Shown here piece by piece: positions 26,353-38,105 of a stretch of 64,000 bases of DNA. This DNA is from Pelomyxa schiedti. Taxonomy: Eukaryota > Protista > Evosea. Location: assembly GCA_020536535.1 (NCBI GenBank), contig JAHLWZ010000791.1, positions 124,001-188,000 on the forward strand, read 5' to 3'. The position numbers were made by a program, and so were the translations under genes. Positions within the stretch are counted from its first letter, which is position 1. Every line of letters starts with the position of its first letter. The notes under the pieces are model-generated. The model saw nothing but the letters and a program-made list of their open reading frames with translations. It was not told the origin of the DNA and did no database searches.

Positions 26353-29063
26353 TCATGAGCTCTTTGTTGTAGTGGTAGTTGGTGCGGCTGTTGGGGTTGA
26401 CGATGGGGTTGTTGTCGTTGTTATTGTGGTAGAAGGCCAGCCGCCTCTTCTTTGTTGTTGACTCCGGCCTGATGTGTTGTGGTGTGGGTGGTACTGTTGT
26501 TGTCCCCAAAAGTAGCCGTTCATCTGTGGGGTGGACTTGAGAGAAAGAAGCCAGTAAGGTTCGATGTAGTAAATAGGGAAGGAATAAGTACATAGTGAGA
26601 AGGCCATGGTGAACCATGATGTTGCGTGTTTGTTTGTCTCCTTTCACTATTTGAAACACCGAAAGTTTCAGAGTCAAGTTGCCGTTCTGCTGCTATCCGT
26701 TGCGTTGACGACCTTGATCTAATTAGTTTTCCTCACTGAGATATGGTGAAGCACACATGTCAGCTTCTTCAGAACCCCCCTTTTTTTCAAGTGACTCGCA
26801 TGAAATGGCATCAAAAAATGACACGGTTTTGTTGTATGCAGGCTGTTCCTGTTCTTTGTGTTCGCGTTTCTTCTGCAATAAACTCAATACAAAATGTGCA
26901 ATAACAGAAACTAACCTCCACTTCATCATAAAGCTTCATTTTGTCGAACTTGGCATTTGCACTGATAAAATCGAATTCTGGCGTTGGGGTTGAAGCTGTG
27001 GTTGCTGTGCGTGGTACGGCCGGAGGCTGATAATAGTGAACACCCCCACTACTGTTTGGTGTTCGTTGTTTGTATTGCTGATACTGTGGGTACTGTTGCT
27101 GATATTGATATGACTGATACAGTGGATACTGCTGCTGATATTGGTGAGGCTGTTGCATCTGAGTCCGAGATTTTTGTGCATAGCCACTTTGGGTTGTGTC
27201 ATTGCCTGAGTACATCCTCACATGTATGGTGGCACCTGTTGATGTCGTCAGGGTCCGCACAGTTCCAGAACTGCTTGGTGTGGAAGAGGAAACTGTGGTT
27301 GAGTGCACATGTGATGGTTGAGAATGTACCTGGCTATATTAGTGACATGACACAAATATTTGGAGACTTTGCTTACCTGAGAACTTGGTAGGATTTGCTC
27401 TTGAGCAGCCTGAACTTGATTTGGCTGCTGTATGGTTGACTTCACCACGGTCTGTTGTTGTGTTTGTGGTGACTCCTGGAGTTGGGCTGGTGTTTGGGGT
27501 TGAGGAGGCAGTTGGCTTTGCAATGGTTGTGGGTGCGGCAATTGAGGTTGGGGTACTTGTGGGGTCATAGTCTGAGGTTGAGGTTGATTGACTTGGGCAG
27601 GTGAAATTTGTGAAGTTGGCAGCTGCGTTTGAGGGAGTTGTGTTGCTTGTATTTGGGGCTGAACTTGAGTGGGTTGGGCAATGGGTTGGGGTTGGGCCGG
27701 CTGTGCTGGTGATGAGACGTTTGCTTGTTGTGAAGGTTGAAGGAATTGTTGTTCTAACATTCTTGAGGCCAAGTCATCAGGCTGTTTCACGGCGTAGGGC
27801 AGTCCAGGAGACTGTTGCTGGTACATTTGAAGGTAAGAAAATGGCAAAAGGGATAAATAGCAGTACCAACGGATTAAACATGTGCCCATACCCCAGTGGA
27901 AAGGCGAAGGGAGAATAAATATAAGGCGGTAGTGATTGTGTTTGAAGGGGAACCTGTTGAAACTGAGATTGTTACAAAAAAAAAAATGAAGAAAATGCTT
28001 ACAGATAACACAGCTGGATCACTCTGCAGGTGGGCTTGTGCATTGGCAGCCTCAGCGGATAGAGGTGTAGGAACGACACTAACTTGGCTAATATTGGAAG
28101 AGTTGAAGATAATATAGCCGTGGACTTCATCAGAAGGTGCAACATATTTTTCTGCTGCACGATTTTCCGTTCCAAGAGATCGCACTTGATGACATGAATA
28201 CTTGGAAGAAGGGTGAGTTGATGAATACCATTTTCCAGAATAATGTTATCAGAGTTGATGGCATAAAAGGTTCCCTCATACGCAATATTTCGTTTGGATA
28301 TCATCCTGAGTTTTATTTTGTTTGAAGCAAAAACTGGATCGTTGAGTCCAGGTATTCCCATGCCTGGACCACCAAGACCAGGAACAACAGAGGCTAAATT
28401 GTTGACACCCCCAATTCCTGGAGGTAGGCCAAGCTGTGGAGAAATCTGTGCAGGAAGAGTGCCGGTTGTCGCTTGTGGGACGGTTATTGGGAGCGTCGAT
28501 TGGGGAAGGAGAGTCGGCTGGTTAGCACCCATCATTGGTTTCATTGGGCTACCCTGCTGTTGCATCATAAGCGGCATAGAGTTGAACTGCGCGGGGGACT
28601 GAGGCTGCTGTGGAACCTGTTGCATAATTTGTTGCTGTTGCTGAGGTTGCCCTTGCTGGATAATAGAAGCTGGATCTTTTAACAACGCCTGGGAAGCAGG
28701 AACAGCGGCAAGTTGTGAGAGGGGAGGAATCCATCTCGCCGGTTGTCCCCAGGGGCCACTCTGTTGTTGCTGTTGCTGAGAAGGTGGCGGCTGAATGTTG
28801 GTTTGTGCGCCAATTTGAGCCATTTGGGACTGCTCAATTTGTTGAGGCTGCGGCGACACAACCAGTTTGTTTCCTGTTCGTTGTTCGCCATTCGATAGCA
28901 CGCTATTTATGAATTATACGTGTTAGATCTCGCAAAGGGGGAAAGAAGAAAAAAAAACGAAAGCGACCACAACGAAGATCCAACAACGAGAGTGCACGTG
29001 TGGGGTTTTTTTTTGGATTATGTTTGTTATGTTTTACTTGGTGGCACCGCCGGAACTAGACAT
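26353..29063 (-). CDS. LSM14: LSM14/RAP55/Scd6 family P-body protein with Gln-rich N-terminal extension
   Basis: LSm domain 'LRMISKRNIAYEGTFYAIN...LEN|VRSLGTENR...YIIF'; FDF 'EFDFISANAKFDK'; FFD 'YNKTVSFFDAISCE'; TFG 'ERQLDSETFG'. First exon MSSSGGAT at 29063 splices in frame. Confidence 0.9.
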
Positions 29064-29409
29064 GCGTGATTCCCCGGCTCCTTTTTTTTTTTCTTTGTTG
29101 TTTTTTAATTGATTCCCTTCCTTTTAATGATTTTTCTTCGCAGTCACAGAAGCCTTTTTTTGTCTTCTCTGCTCGGGGTGATCCACAATTGGATTGGCCC
29201 CCAACCCCCTTCGTTGACGTTCCCAAGTTTCTCCTCCGTACTGGGAGTCCCCAAGAATCTCTCTGAGTTATTGACAGTAGAAATGATCGATCTGGATCTT
29301 TCCAACGCTACCAATTTGGCCACCAGCGACGCAAAAAGGCCAACGACCTCCAGCACAGCAGCACAAACCAAGAGGATACGACACCCATAATAGCAACCAC
29401 CCGTAGCCA

Positions 29410-31613
29410 ATGAGGAACGTTGGGCCTTTGCCGGGGGTTGGGGCTGCGAGCGAGGCGACCAAGACACAATGGGTTGTGGGATGCATGTTCAACAGGAGCG
29501 TGCAAATGATACTACAGTCACGATGTCTGAGGGAGGGCCTGGCCTCGCTACCCAAAATTCCAAAGAGTGATGATGTCATGGTGTGTATCAAACAATCACA
29601 AACAAACCAAAAAAAAACTTATGTTTTTTTGTTTGTGTTGTTTTTTTTTTTTTTTAAATTAGTACTTAACGCTTTTAGTTCAACCTTTCAATGCCAGAAT
29701 ATGAAGTTTTCAAAATGCCTGACCTACCAGAAGGTTGGCACACACATCGTTTGGACGTGACCATTACGATTTCTTTCAAAGTCCCTCCATCTGTCCTTGC
29801 TGATAAGGGGCTAAATTTGCCACGCAATTATCATCCTCTTCTTGAGGTGTGGAAGTTAAAATTCAGGCCTGAGAGGTGAGTACCCTTGTCGTGTAGTAGT
29901 AAATTTTCATGCCAGCATAAGGTGCTCTGCTGAAGGGGAACTCTCAAATCTCTACCGCAATTTCACCATCCTTACACGTGTTTTGCATTCCTTCACTCGA
30001 GTTCTGCCAGCTTTTCTGCTGCACAGTAAATTGAAAGTTAACAAGACCAGCAAGTGTTCCTTAGAACACAAATTAGATGTGTCAGTAAAGTCTCCAATAT
30101 CTAATCTCAATAAACGGTATGGCAAACTGAACATGGGGCAAGTTTTGACACCCTGCGGTGGGTTTCATATCAAATGCTTATACCGTGATGAAGAACCATT
30201 GGAGGTATAAGCATTGTAAGTGTAGGGTTTTCTAACTTATGAAAAAGCTCACACTTGTTAGCGATCTTACAGTGAATATTACGCAAGACTACCAACCAGG
30301 TTCCGTAACGCCATCTCAATCTAGACTGCAACAACCACTCCCACAAAGTATCCCACCCCCACAAATACCAGCTGAACCACAACAATCTCCATCACACGCA
30401 CCCTCATTAGCTCCCACTCCCACTCCCACTCCCACTCCCACTCCAACTACGGCAGCTTACACATGCACGACCCCTGGCCAAGTACTTTCTTCACCCACAC
30501 CAACAAGTCAAATTCCTGTTGGTTTAACAGCTGCAAATCCAGTATCAATCACTAAGTCACACCCAATGGGTGTATCACCACCGTCACAAGTGGCATTGTA
30601 CTTTTCCACTTTTTTCTTTCCTAATATAATAACACATTCAGGGCCACCCCAGTCACTATTCCTAAGGCTTCAGCATCCATACCTATCAATATACCCACTG
30701 ATACTACTGTAACAATTGCTGATCCAACATTGAGTAGCCCCAGCCACTTTTCACCTGGAAGCCTGGGCCTGGGTGCCCCCCCCTTTTTGACACCCAACTA
30801 CCCTGTAGATCCAGTTCAAAAAATTGCGGCAACATCACCTCTTGATCTCAACACAATTTTCAAGATTACAGCACCACAGAAGGTTGTTCTGTTACCTCTT
30901 TCTATCTTGTTCCATTTACTAACACAACAAAGGATGATAGACCTGGGGGACTAATATCCTCACAACCTGGTTATGTGCGGGGGCGTAGTGGCAGTTCAGG
31001 GGGTGATAAAGTACACTAGCCACTTCTGATACAAAGTTTTCATTAACCCTTTTAACAGATACCCCCTGGAATACACCCTTTTGTTGACCCAGTAATGTCA
31101 GGTGTGGTATTCACCACATTTTTGTCTACAACCCACAATTACTTTTACTTGTAGCAACGGTAGCTCCGCCCCCAACGGCCTCCGGCCTTGCGCGGATGTT
31201 ACTTCCATCACACATACCACCGCCACAGCCAAGTGGTAAGTCAAAGCCCGGTACGTCTGATAAAGACGAAACCGCTGAGGCCCTTCTCGCTGCAATCACA
31301 GGGGTACATTTTTTTTTTTTTTTGAATTCCCCGATACCAAAACCTACATTACACTTACAAATTGCAGGCACCACTAAGCCGAGATGAGGAGTTTGCAGAT
31401 CATCCAAGCATTGCCAACCTCTTGAAATTGTGCCAGAAGCCACCGCCTTTGGCCATGTTTGATGCTCCACAGATTACAATACAGCAACTGGTACAGACTT
31501 CCCAAATATCTCGTTACTTTCGAAAATTAATGAGGGAGCAGATTTCCATGTACAACCAACCAGACATCCGCGACACAAAAGCACTATTTGAACCTTTTAT
31601 TGAAAAACACTAA
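29410..31613 (+). CDS. ATG13: Autophagy-related protein 13 (N-terminal HORMA domain, disordered S/P/T tail)
   Basis: 'SVQMILQSR', '|FNLSM', 'LLEVWKL', 'YRNFTILTRVLHSFTRVLPAFLL', 'VLTPCGGFHIKCLYR' follow the ATG13 HORMA pattern. Confidence 0.8.
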
Positions 31614-32404
31614 AACGCCACCAAAACAATAAACCAATGGAAAACATATCTCTTTGCCTACCCATGCATAATTTGACCGTTGCCGTTTAGCCTAACGGAG
31701 ACGAAAAGTGGACGTTTTTTCACTATCGGCGTCGATTTTTCTCGCCGTTCCCCCCTATCGGGGAACCCAACTTATCCCAAGTCGCCAAAAATGTACTCCG
31801 TGATTGGTTTTGTGAGAAGATTTCGCTCTCGATTTGACAATTGTGGGTTTTTGAGAGAACAAGACGAGTTTGTCGATCATTCCCCTACGACATCAAAGCC
31901 GCACCGGTGCTCTGCTGAAGAGTGAACAACCACAACGTACGGAGCCACACGCCCTACAACCAAAATCAAGTGCACTCAACCGAACACAACACCTGTTTCA
32001 ATCAAAAAAAAAACATCGCACTGGTGTTAGCGATACCCATCCGATGGGCTTAGCCCATTTTTACGTTTAATGTTGTTTTGTGGTTTCACGCAGCAGTTGT
32101 AGCACATTTCTAGGCATGGGTAGGCAAAGAGATATAGAACTCTTATTTTTTCTTTCTTTTTTTTTTTTGGGAACATAGTTCTTGTGTACAAACAATATGG
32201 ATGGGCAAAACTGGTAAATTCCAGTCCATCTACGAACTTATTCGTGAGGACTGCCAACCACTAGACAAGATTTTTATAGAGTTTTGGCCAAATCGCCATC
32301 AAGATGTTGTAATTTCATTGTCTCTATTCTTTTTTGTTTCTGAACACAGGTAAGTGTTTTTGTAGTTATGACACACTTACAGGATAATTTACAGGTTTGC
32401 ATTT

Positions 32405-33076
32405 TTAGATATATGCGTAGTATGAGTATATCAGATTGACACCACCTGCATCAGCCAATAAGTCCATCATCTCTGCTAGTTCCCTGTTGAGACCCTGAAT
32501 CTGCTCTTCTATCTGGGCCATCCTGTCCCTCACGGCGTTCGCTCCCATAACCGCGCCCTCGACGTCGCTCGCGGTCGCGGCGTCGCCGGCGGTCGCCTCC
32601 ACGGCGGCCACGCGGCCCTCGATGGCCCGCAGCGCGGCGTCGCGGTCGCGCGCCGGCGCCGTGGCGGCGTCGATCTCGTGCCTGAGGTGGTCGAGCTGCT
32701 GGTACGCGTCCGAGGCCAGCCGCGCGCCGCGGCGCCGCTCCATGTCGGCCAGGTACTGCGCCGTCGAGTGGACCGTCGACCCCAGCGTCTCCACCTGCTC
32801 CGCGACCGAGTCGAGCGCGGCCGCGGCCGAGGCGGAGGCGGCGCGTGGGTCGAGCCCGCGGGGCCCCGCGAGGAGGCGGTCGTGCACGGTGGCGGCGCGG
32901 TAGGCCACCACGGCGAAGAAGGTGACGACGAAGAGCACCAGGTAGCACAGCTTGTTGGCGCGGAACAGGGAGGCGAGCACGCTGCGGGGCGGGTGGTTGA
33001 GCAGTGCGCGCCGAACTGGGTTCAGTTTGCTGCGTTTCGCCAGTACGTAGGCTGGTTCAGACCGATCGTCGTACAT
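32405..33076 (-). CDS. Hypothetical single-pass membrane protein with coiled coil (GC-rich; both ends uncertain)
   Basis: Transmembrane segment 'LCYLVLFVVTFFAVVAY' followed by heptad-rich helices; strong GC3 codon bias. Confidence 0.6.
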   Translation of the reverse strand: MYDDRSEPAYVLAKRSKLNPVRRALLNHPPRSVLASLFRANKLCYLVLFVVTFFAVVAYRAATVHDRLLAGPRGLDPRAASASAAAALDSVAEQVETLGSTVHSTAQYLADMERRRGARLASDAYQQLDHLRHEIDAATAPARDRDAALRAIEGRVAAVEATAGDAATASDVEGAVMGANAVRDRMAQIEEQIQGLNRELAEMMDLLADAGGVNLIYSYYAYI

Positions 33077-33242
33077 GAGGGAGCTCCACAAATTTGTGTA
33101 TTGTGCTAAATTTGGGGGTCAAATAACTCCAATTTCTTGGTTTTTGACACAACGATGCGACAATTTCGATTTTTTGACACAGCGCTGTAGATTGTACCAT
33201 TCTGCGAAATTTGTTACTAACATGTGGTCCGGAGCCAAGGTT

Positions 33243-36200
33243 TTAACGCTTTCGGGGTCGTTTTGGCTGAGGTGCTGTGGCAGTCTCCTTGGGAATGGGT
33301 GCCACTTGTGAAGCTGAAGGTCTGCGTTTGCGTGGCTGTTGCTGAGGAACAGCTTGCTTTTCTTTGATAGAAGCCACTGCTGTTTTTGTTGTTTCCATGT
33401 TTCCAGTTTTTGCAGCCCAGTCAGAGATGGCTTTCCTTTGTGCATTTGCAGATGACTTTCCTGCAAGCTGTAGGTCTGTGTCAGTGAGATGCAGTGCAGC
33501 TTGTAATGTCACCAGCAATTCAGAAGAGAAATGAGAAATCCCCAGATATGCTATAAACAGTTAAAACAAAAAAAAAAGTGGTACCTACCCTTTTTTGGTG
33601 GTTTTAGCACTGAAGTTGTTGTGGTTGTCACAGAAGGTGGAGTTTGAGGTACTTCTTGAACACCACATGTTGGTAGGAGTTGTATGTCATCATCTCTTAG
33701 AGGTTGTGGAGCTATTGGTACCAACACAGCAAGAGGAACTGTATGTTTTGGTGGGGGAAATTGGAATTCCACAAGGGGCAATCGCTTCTCTGGTGAAGCA
33801 AGACCAGACATTTTATGCAACAACTCAGAAAATAAACTCTGCTCTTCAGTGACACAAGAATGAAACAACAGCTTTTTTTCAGCTGCTTTCAGCTGGTCAT
33901 ATGACCAATGAGCAGCTGCCTTGAGCACACCTTCAGTCAATTCGTGAAGAGGTTCATAATTAGTACGGAATGGTTTCTTTGTTTGTGGATCTTCAGTGTT
34001 GCTGGTTGGTGCAGCTGATTTTGATGGCTCAACCACGTTTACCTGGTGTTTAAGCTTATCCTCCATGGTTTTGTGGTGGGTGTTTCCATTGCTTCTTCTA
34101 GAATGGTCATCATATTTGTGTGGTGTGAGGCTGACACCAGCCGAAATAACAACGAAATTTATCAAGGAAACCTCCTTCAGTGATGCTTTGCCTTGTATAC
34201 CAGTTTTTGAGCTCAGTTTTCCAAGGAGCCCCTGGAGCCCAGTTTTGAAAGAAGGTACAGATTGTGCTTGCTGGTGTGGTTACCAACCTTGCTACAAGTG
34301 GATTGTGCAACAAATCATCAGACAGAATGTGCCCCTCCACAATGGTCACAACAGTTTCAGCAATTAACTGTGAGGTCTCATCTGAAGGATGTCCCAACAA
34401 GCTGCAAATTTGGGGGAACTCTAACCATCTGTCACCATGAGTGGTGATACTAGCTTGGAACACAGTGAGGAATGTGGTTGCCAGTTCATGTCCAGTGCTG
34501 ATGATTCCATCAGGGTTTTCTGGAAAGTGGAGTGCCACACTTGAAAAGTATGCATCCACATCTTTGAGTGTAGCAGCAAGTCGTTTTTTGAGCCTACATA
34601 CTTCAGAGGCCATCAAATGTGCCTTGAACCCAGCAGGCAAGTTGATGGGTTTCCCTGATGGTTTTGAAGCTCCCTCAGCTAACTTGTAGGCCAAGTCAAA
34701 GATAGAGCGGGAGAAATCCAGTAAGATTAGCTGTTGAATCATCAAGTTTGGATCTGAAAGCCATTTCTCTAATGAGGCAGCAGTAAACCGTTTCACCCAC
34801 TCTGTGGATCTCCAGTTGTAGTAGATGTACCTGAGAAAGGGAGCCAATGCTTCCCGGTGTTCTAATACCCAAGCATTTGCCTCAATCACAGTTTTCCACC
34901 TTGTGAGAACAGGTTGGTGTATGGCTTTGAAATCAGGGATCTATCAATGTGAGTCTAGGTGTCTTAGAATGACGGTAACTTTACCTCAATGTTGTTTTCT
35001 TTACAAAACTCAGTAAAAGAAACTTTCCAGACCTTGGAGTTAATTGCTTTGTGGGATAAATACCAGCAAGAGTACAAGAAGAACACCAATGAAGGTGCGA
35101 TGTCTTGGTTGACATGAAGCTGCTTTCTGAGTTGTTCTCTAAAGGTTTTGTCAAGTGCATTGACAAGAGCAAGATTGAGAACATGAAGCCAGCAACCAGT
35201 AGGAATGACATCTGAGTGTATTGTCTCTGTGAACAGCTGTATAGCACCAGTGTGTTCCCCATGCACAACACTACAGTTATCACCAATCACAGAATATGCC
35301 CTGTTTGCAGGTTGCTCACATTGATCTAAGGCTTTCTGCAGTGCTTCCGCCTCATTGCTTCCAGTTGGACTAAGAACAATTGTATCTGAAGCTTTAAGAT
35401 TGCATCAAAATTGAAGCTGAGCCAACCTGCTAGGAGTTTACAAACAGGGACATTCTCATGCTGATTCCAGTATGAAATCAACACCATGACATGATGTTGA
35501 CCATCTCTGGTGGATTCATCAAAATAGAGGTGGAAAGCTGGTACCTAGGAATCTTTTAGTTCGTTTTTTTTATTGAATCAACCTCTTGGATTGCTTGTTG
35601 TAATTCCTGTTGTTCTAGGCTACTAATGGCACGCACCAGTTGTTGTACTCATAAAGTCTTCCTTTGAAAAGGAGCCTTTGAGAATAAGTTAAAACAAATC
35701 AGAGCCTCCACAAAGGTGATTAAATACATACAGAACCTCAGGAATCTTGTTGATGCTCACCATCAATGAAAGGTCTCTCAAAGCACAAGCTCTCATCTGA
35801 GAGAAATCACACTTGAGTAATTGTGTCTTACCAATTTCTTTTTCTGTTTTGCTGACAATGTGGATTGGACTTGACAATGATCCTGCAAGAGTCCATTCAC
35901 CAGTTGGGTCAATTGTCTTACTTGTTTTTTTGAGGAGATGTGATGCCCTAGGATTTTCTCACAAATCCCTGTTGGTATTCTTACTTGTCAGCCTATAGAA
36001 AGTCAGAAAAAGGATGAGGGTGTAACATAACTCTTTCTGGTCTGTGAATTATCTGTTTTCCGTGTTCTTCTTTTTGATGCTTTTTTCCCTGAGCTTGGTT
36101 TCTCAACATTACTCAGACTCTCACTATCACTAGCACCCTCAGAGTCACTGCTGCCACTCTCAGAGTCACTGCTGGCACTCTCAGAGATGATGGTTTTTGA

Positions 36201-36794
36201 TCCACAATAGGTAAGGCTCTCTCCCATATCACTGTGGGTTGCCTTAGAGTGTGTTAGTTATATTCCTATCTTAAATAAACCTTATCAGTCATTGCTGTTA
36301 CACTTTTACGTTTCATTAATTGTTGTAAAAGTTGAGTTCTTTCTGGCATTTGAGGAATATTTTGGTGACTCAAACAGAATGCAAGAACTTCATGCAATTC
36401 ATGACAGTCAAGCTCATCACATTTCAATGTCAGAAGTCTTTCCTCAGGTGCACATTCTTCAAATTGGAAAGAGTGCTCAAACAATGCCACACAATCTGGT
36501 GAGGTAATTGCATTCATTACTGTTCATGTAACAAGTTTAACCTTGAACTTTGGTCTTCTGCATCAATTGTGGTACCGATGAAGAAGATGTTGACATTGAA
36601 GTTGGCAGTGTTGGAACAACAGTAGGGACTCCAAGTTGGCCCAAATGTGGAGAGTAAACCAGTGGTTGCTCAGAAAGAGACAAAAGCCTTGGTGGGGGAG
36701 GATTTGGGGTGTCGAAGGTGTCAAAATGTGGAGCCAATGTCATATTTTGGGACAGTGGTGACTGTGGATGTGTGTTAGACCTCAAAACCATCAT
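33243..36794 (-). pseudogene. Intron-containing hAT-family DDE transposase, inactivated
   Basis: 'FHLYFDESTRD' (D1), 'IGDNCSVVHG' (D2), 'CWLHVLNLAL' (CxxH), 'LTRWKT', candidate E in 'VTEEQSLFSE', C-terminal NLS-like PKRPRKR. In-frame TGA at 35649-35651 and 35988-35990, plus a frame break near 34110-34165. Confidence 0.75.
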
Positions 36795-36891
36795 GCCACA
36801 ACTTCTTATGCACTACCACATACCACAACAGTTTGCCCACAATCAAACATGGTTTTTGGTAATCAATTTAGGAGAATGATACAATCTGGTC

Positions 36892-36929
36892 CGGGTGCCG
36901 GAAAATTGTATTTTTTTTTCCGGCACCCG
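36892..36929. repeat. Perfect 14-bp inverted repeat in the transposon subterminal region
   Basis: CGGGTGCCGGAAAA (36892-36905) and TTTTCCGGCACCCG (36916-36929). Confidence 0.85.
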
Positions 36930-37403
36930 TCCGGTTACCGCCACTTTTTGGGTTTCCTCAGTCCCAGTGCCTCCTTTTTCACTGGGAACCAAGGGAAACA
37001 CTGCTCACAGTTCTGTACTACCTTCTCCCCCTGGTTCGACACAATTTTGACACCATCCGGACCAGATCCAGAATTTTCTTGTGTTTTTTGGGTAGAGTTG
37101 GTTTGACCCCCAAAATTGGGGATGGCAACGATTCTAAGACAAACAGAACCAGTTGAGCGCATACTTGTTCGGCTCTTTCCAATTGCACCCCAAAGATGAA
37201 ACAGATGACTTCAGCCTGTTCGATTACTACATAGGGAGAAATTTCTCCTCTCCTCATAAAAACAAAATTGGTTTTCTGTAAGGGAAAATGCCTGGACCAC
37301 ATCTGGGCCAGACGCTCTACAGTTTCGTGGTCATGCATCACATGGCTAGATCCAAATACCCAAAAAATAAAATGTTATTCTCTTTCTACAAAGCAGACAT
37401 TCC

Positions 37404-37877
37404 TCAGTGCAGACCCACAGGTACGCCGTAGACCTCCCATCTTATCGAGGGGTGCTCCTCCCACGCCTCGGCGTGCAGCTTGATGTACGACGCGTGCACG
37501 GGGTGCGGGAAGTCGCGCCTGACCACCTCCGTCGTGTTGGCCCGCACGTTTCCGATGAAGCAGCCGGGCACCCACTCCCAGTCGATGCCGTTGAGCGAGT
37601 AGCTCACGCGGTACCGCGTGACGCGCTGGTTGCAGTCCGGGCGGCTCTGCGTGCCGACGCCCGTGACGAACGCCGGCGTCGGCATCGACGCGCAGATCCA
37701 GTGGGGCGGCGACGCGGTCGCCCACGCGAACGACGGGGTCAGAGTCGAGTTGAGCACGGACTTGGAGACGTTGTGGTCGTCGTTGTGCTGCGACGACGAC
37801 GTGAGGGTCCCTGTGCCGAGAGGCACGGCGCGGAGGAACAGCTCGACTTCGTGCGCTGGCAGAGCGGTGTTCATCAT
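37404..37877 (-). CDS. Discoidin / F5/8 type C domain protein
   Basis: 'LTSSSQHN', 'AW', 'VTGVGTQSR..CNQRVTRYRVSYSLNGIDW', 'FIGN', 'PVHASYIKLHAEAWEEHPSIRWEVYG'. Confidence 0.88.
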   Translation of the reverse strand: MMNTALPAHEVELFLRAVPLGTGTLTSSSQHNDDHNVSKSVLNSTLTPSFAWATASPPHWICASMPTPAFVTGVGTQSRPDCNQRVTRYRVSYSLNGIDWEWVPGCFIGNVRANTTEVVRRDFPHPVHASYIKLHAEAWEEHPSIRWEVYGVPVGLH

Positions 37878-38105
37878 GCAGTCGAACCCCGTTTATTTTG
37901 TTTTGTGGCACGGTTTTCCGTTTTTCCTCGGTTTTAAAAACCGGGCAACTCCCAAGTTGGGAGGCCCTCTTCCTTCCAGTTGGGGAAAGGCTTGGGTTCA
38001 AGACAGCACACTCTGTGCAATCCCTCAGTGTGGGATTCCCTGTTTTCAACGGACAGAAGGTTTACGGCTGCCCAACATCAGATCGGAAAAACCACCAAAT
38101 TTTTG

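Larger units (their letters stand above)
33113..37112 (-). mobile_element. hAT-like DNA transposon, 4,000 bp, with TIRs and 5-bp TSD AAATT
   Basis: Left end TGGGGGTCAAATAACTC (33113-33129); right end GAGTTGGTTTGACCCCCA (37095-37112); AAATT at 33108-33112 and 37113-37117; internal transposase motifs. Confidence 0.8.

Noticed and set aside
31675-31870. Small hairpins with U1-like words (ACTTATCC, ATGTACTCC)
   Set aside because: Spacing, order and Sm site do not fit U1 snRNA.
32451-33109. Overlapping Arg/Gly-rich ORFs in GC-rich exons (also 37375-38049, 42566-43288)
   Set aside because: Alternative frames stay open because high GC content makes stop codons rare.
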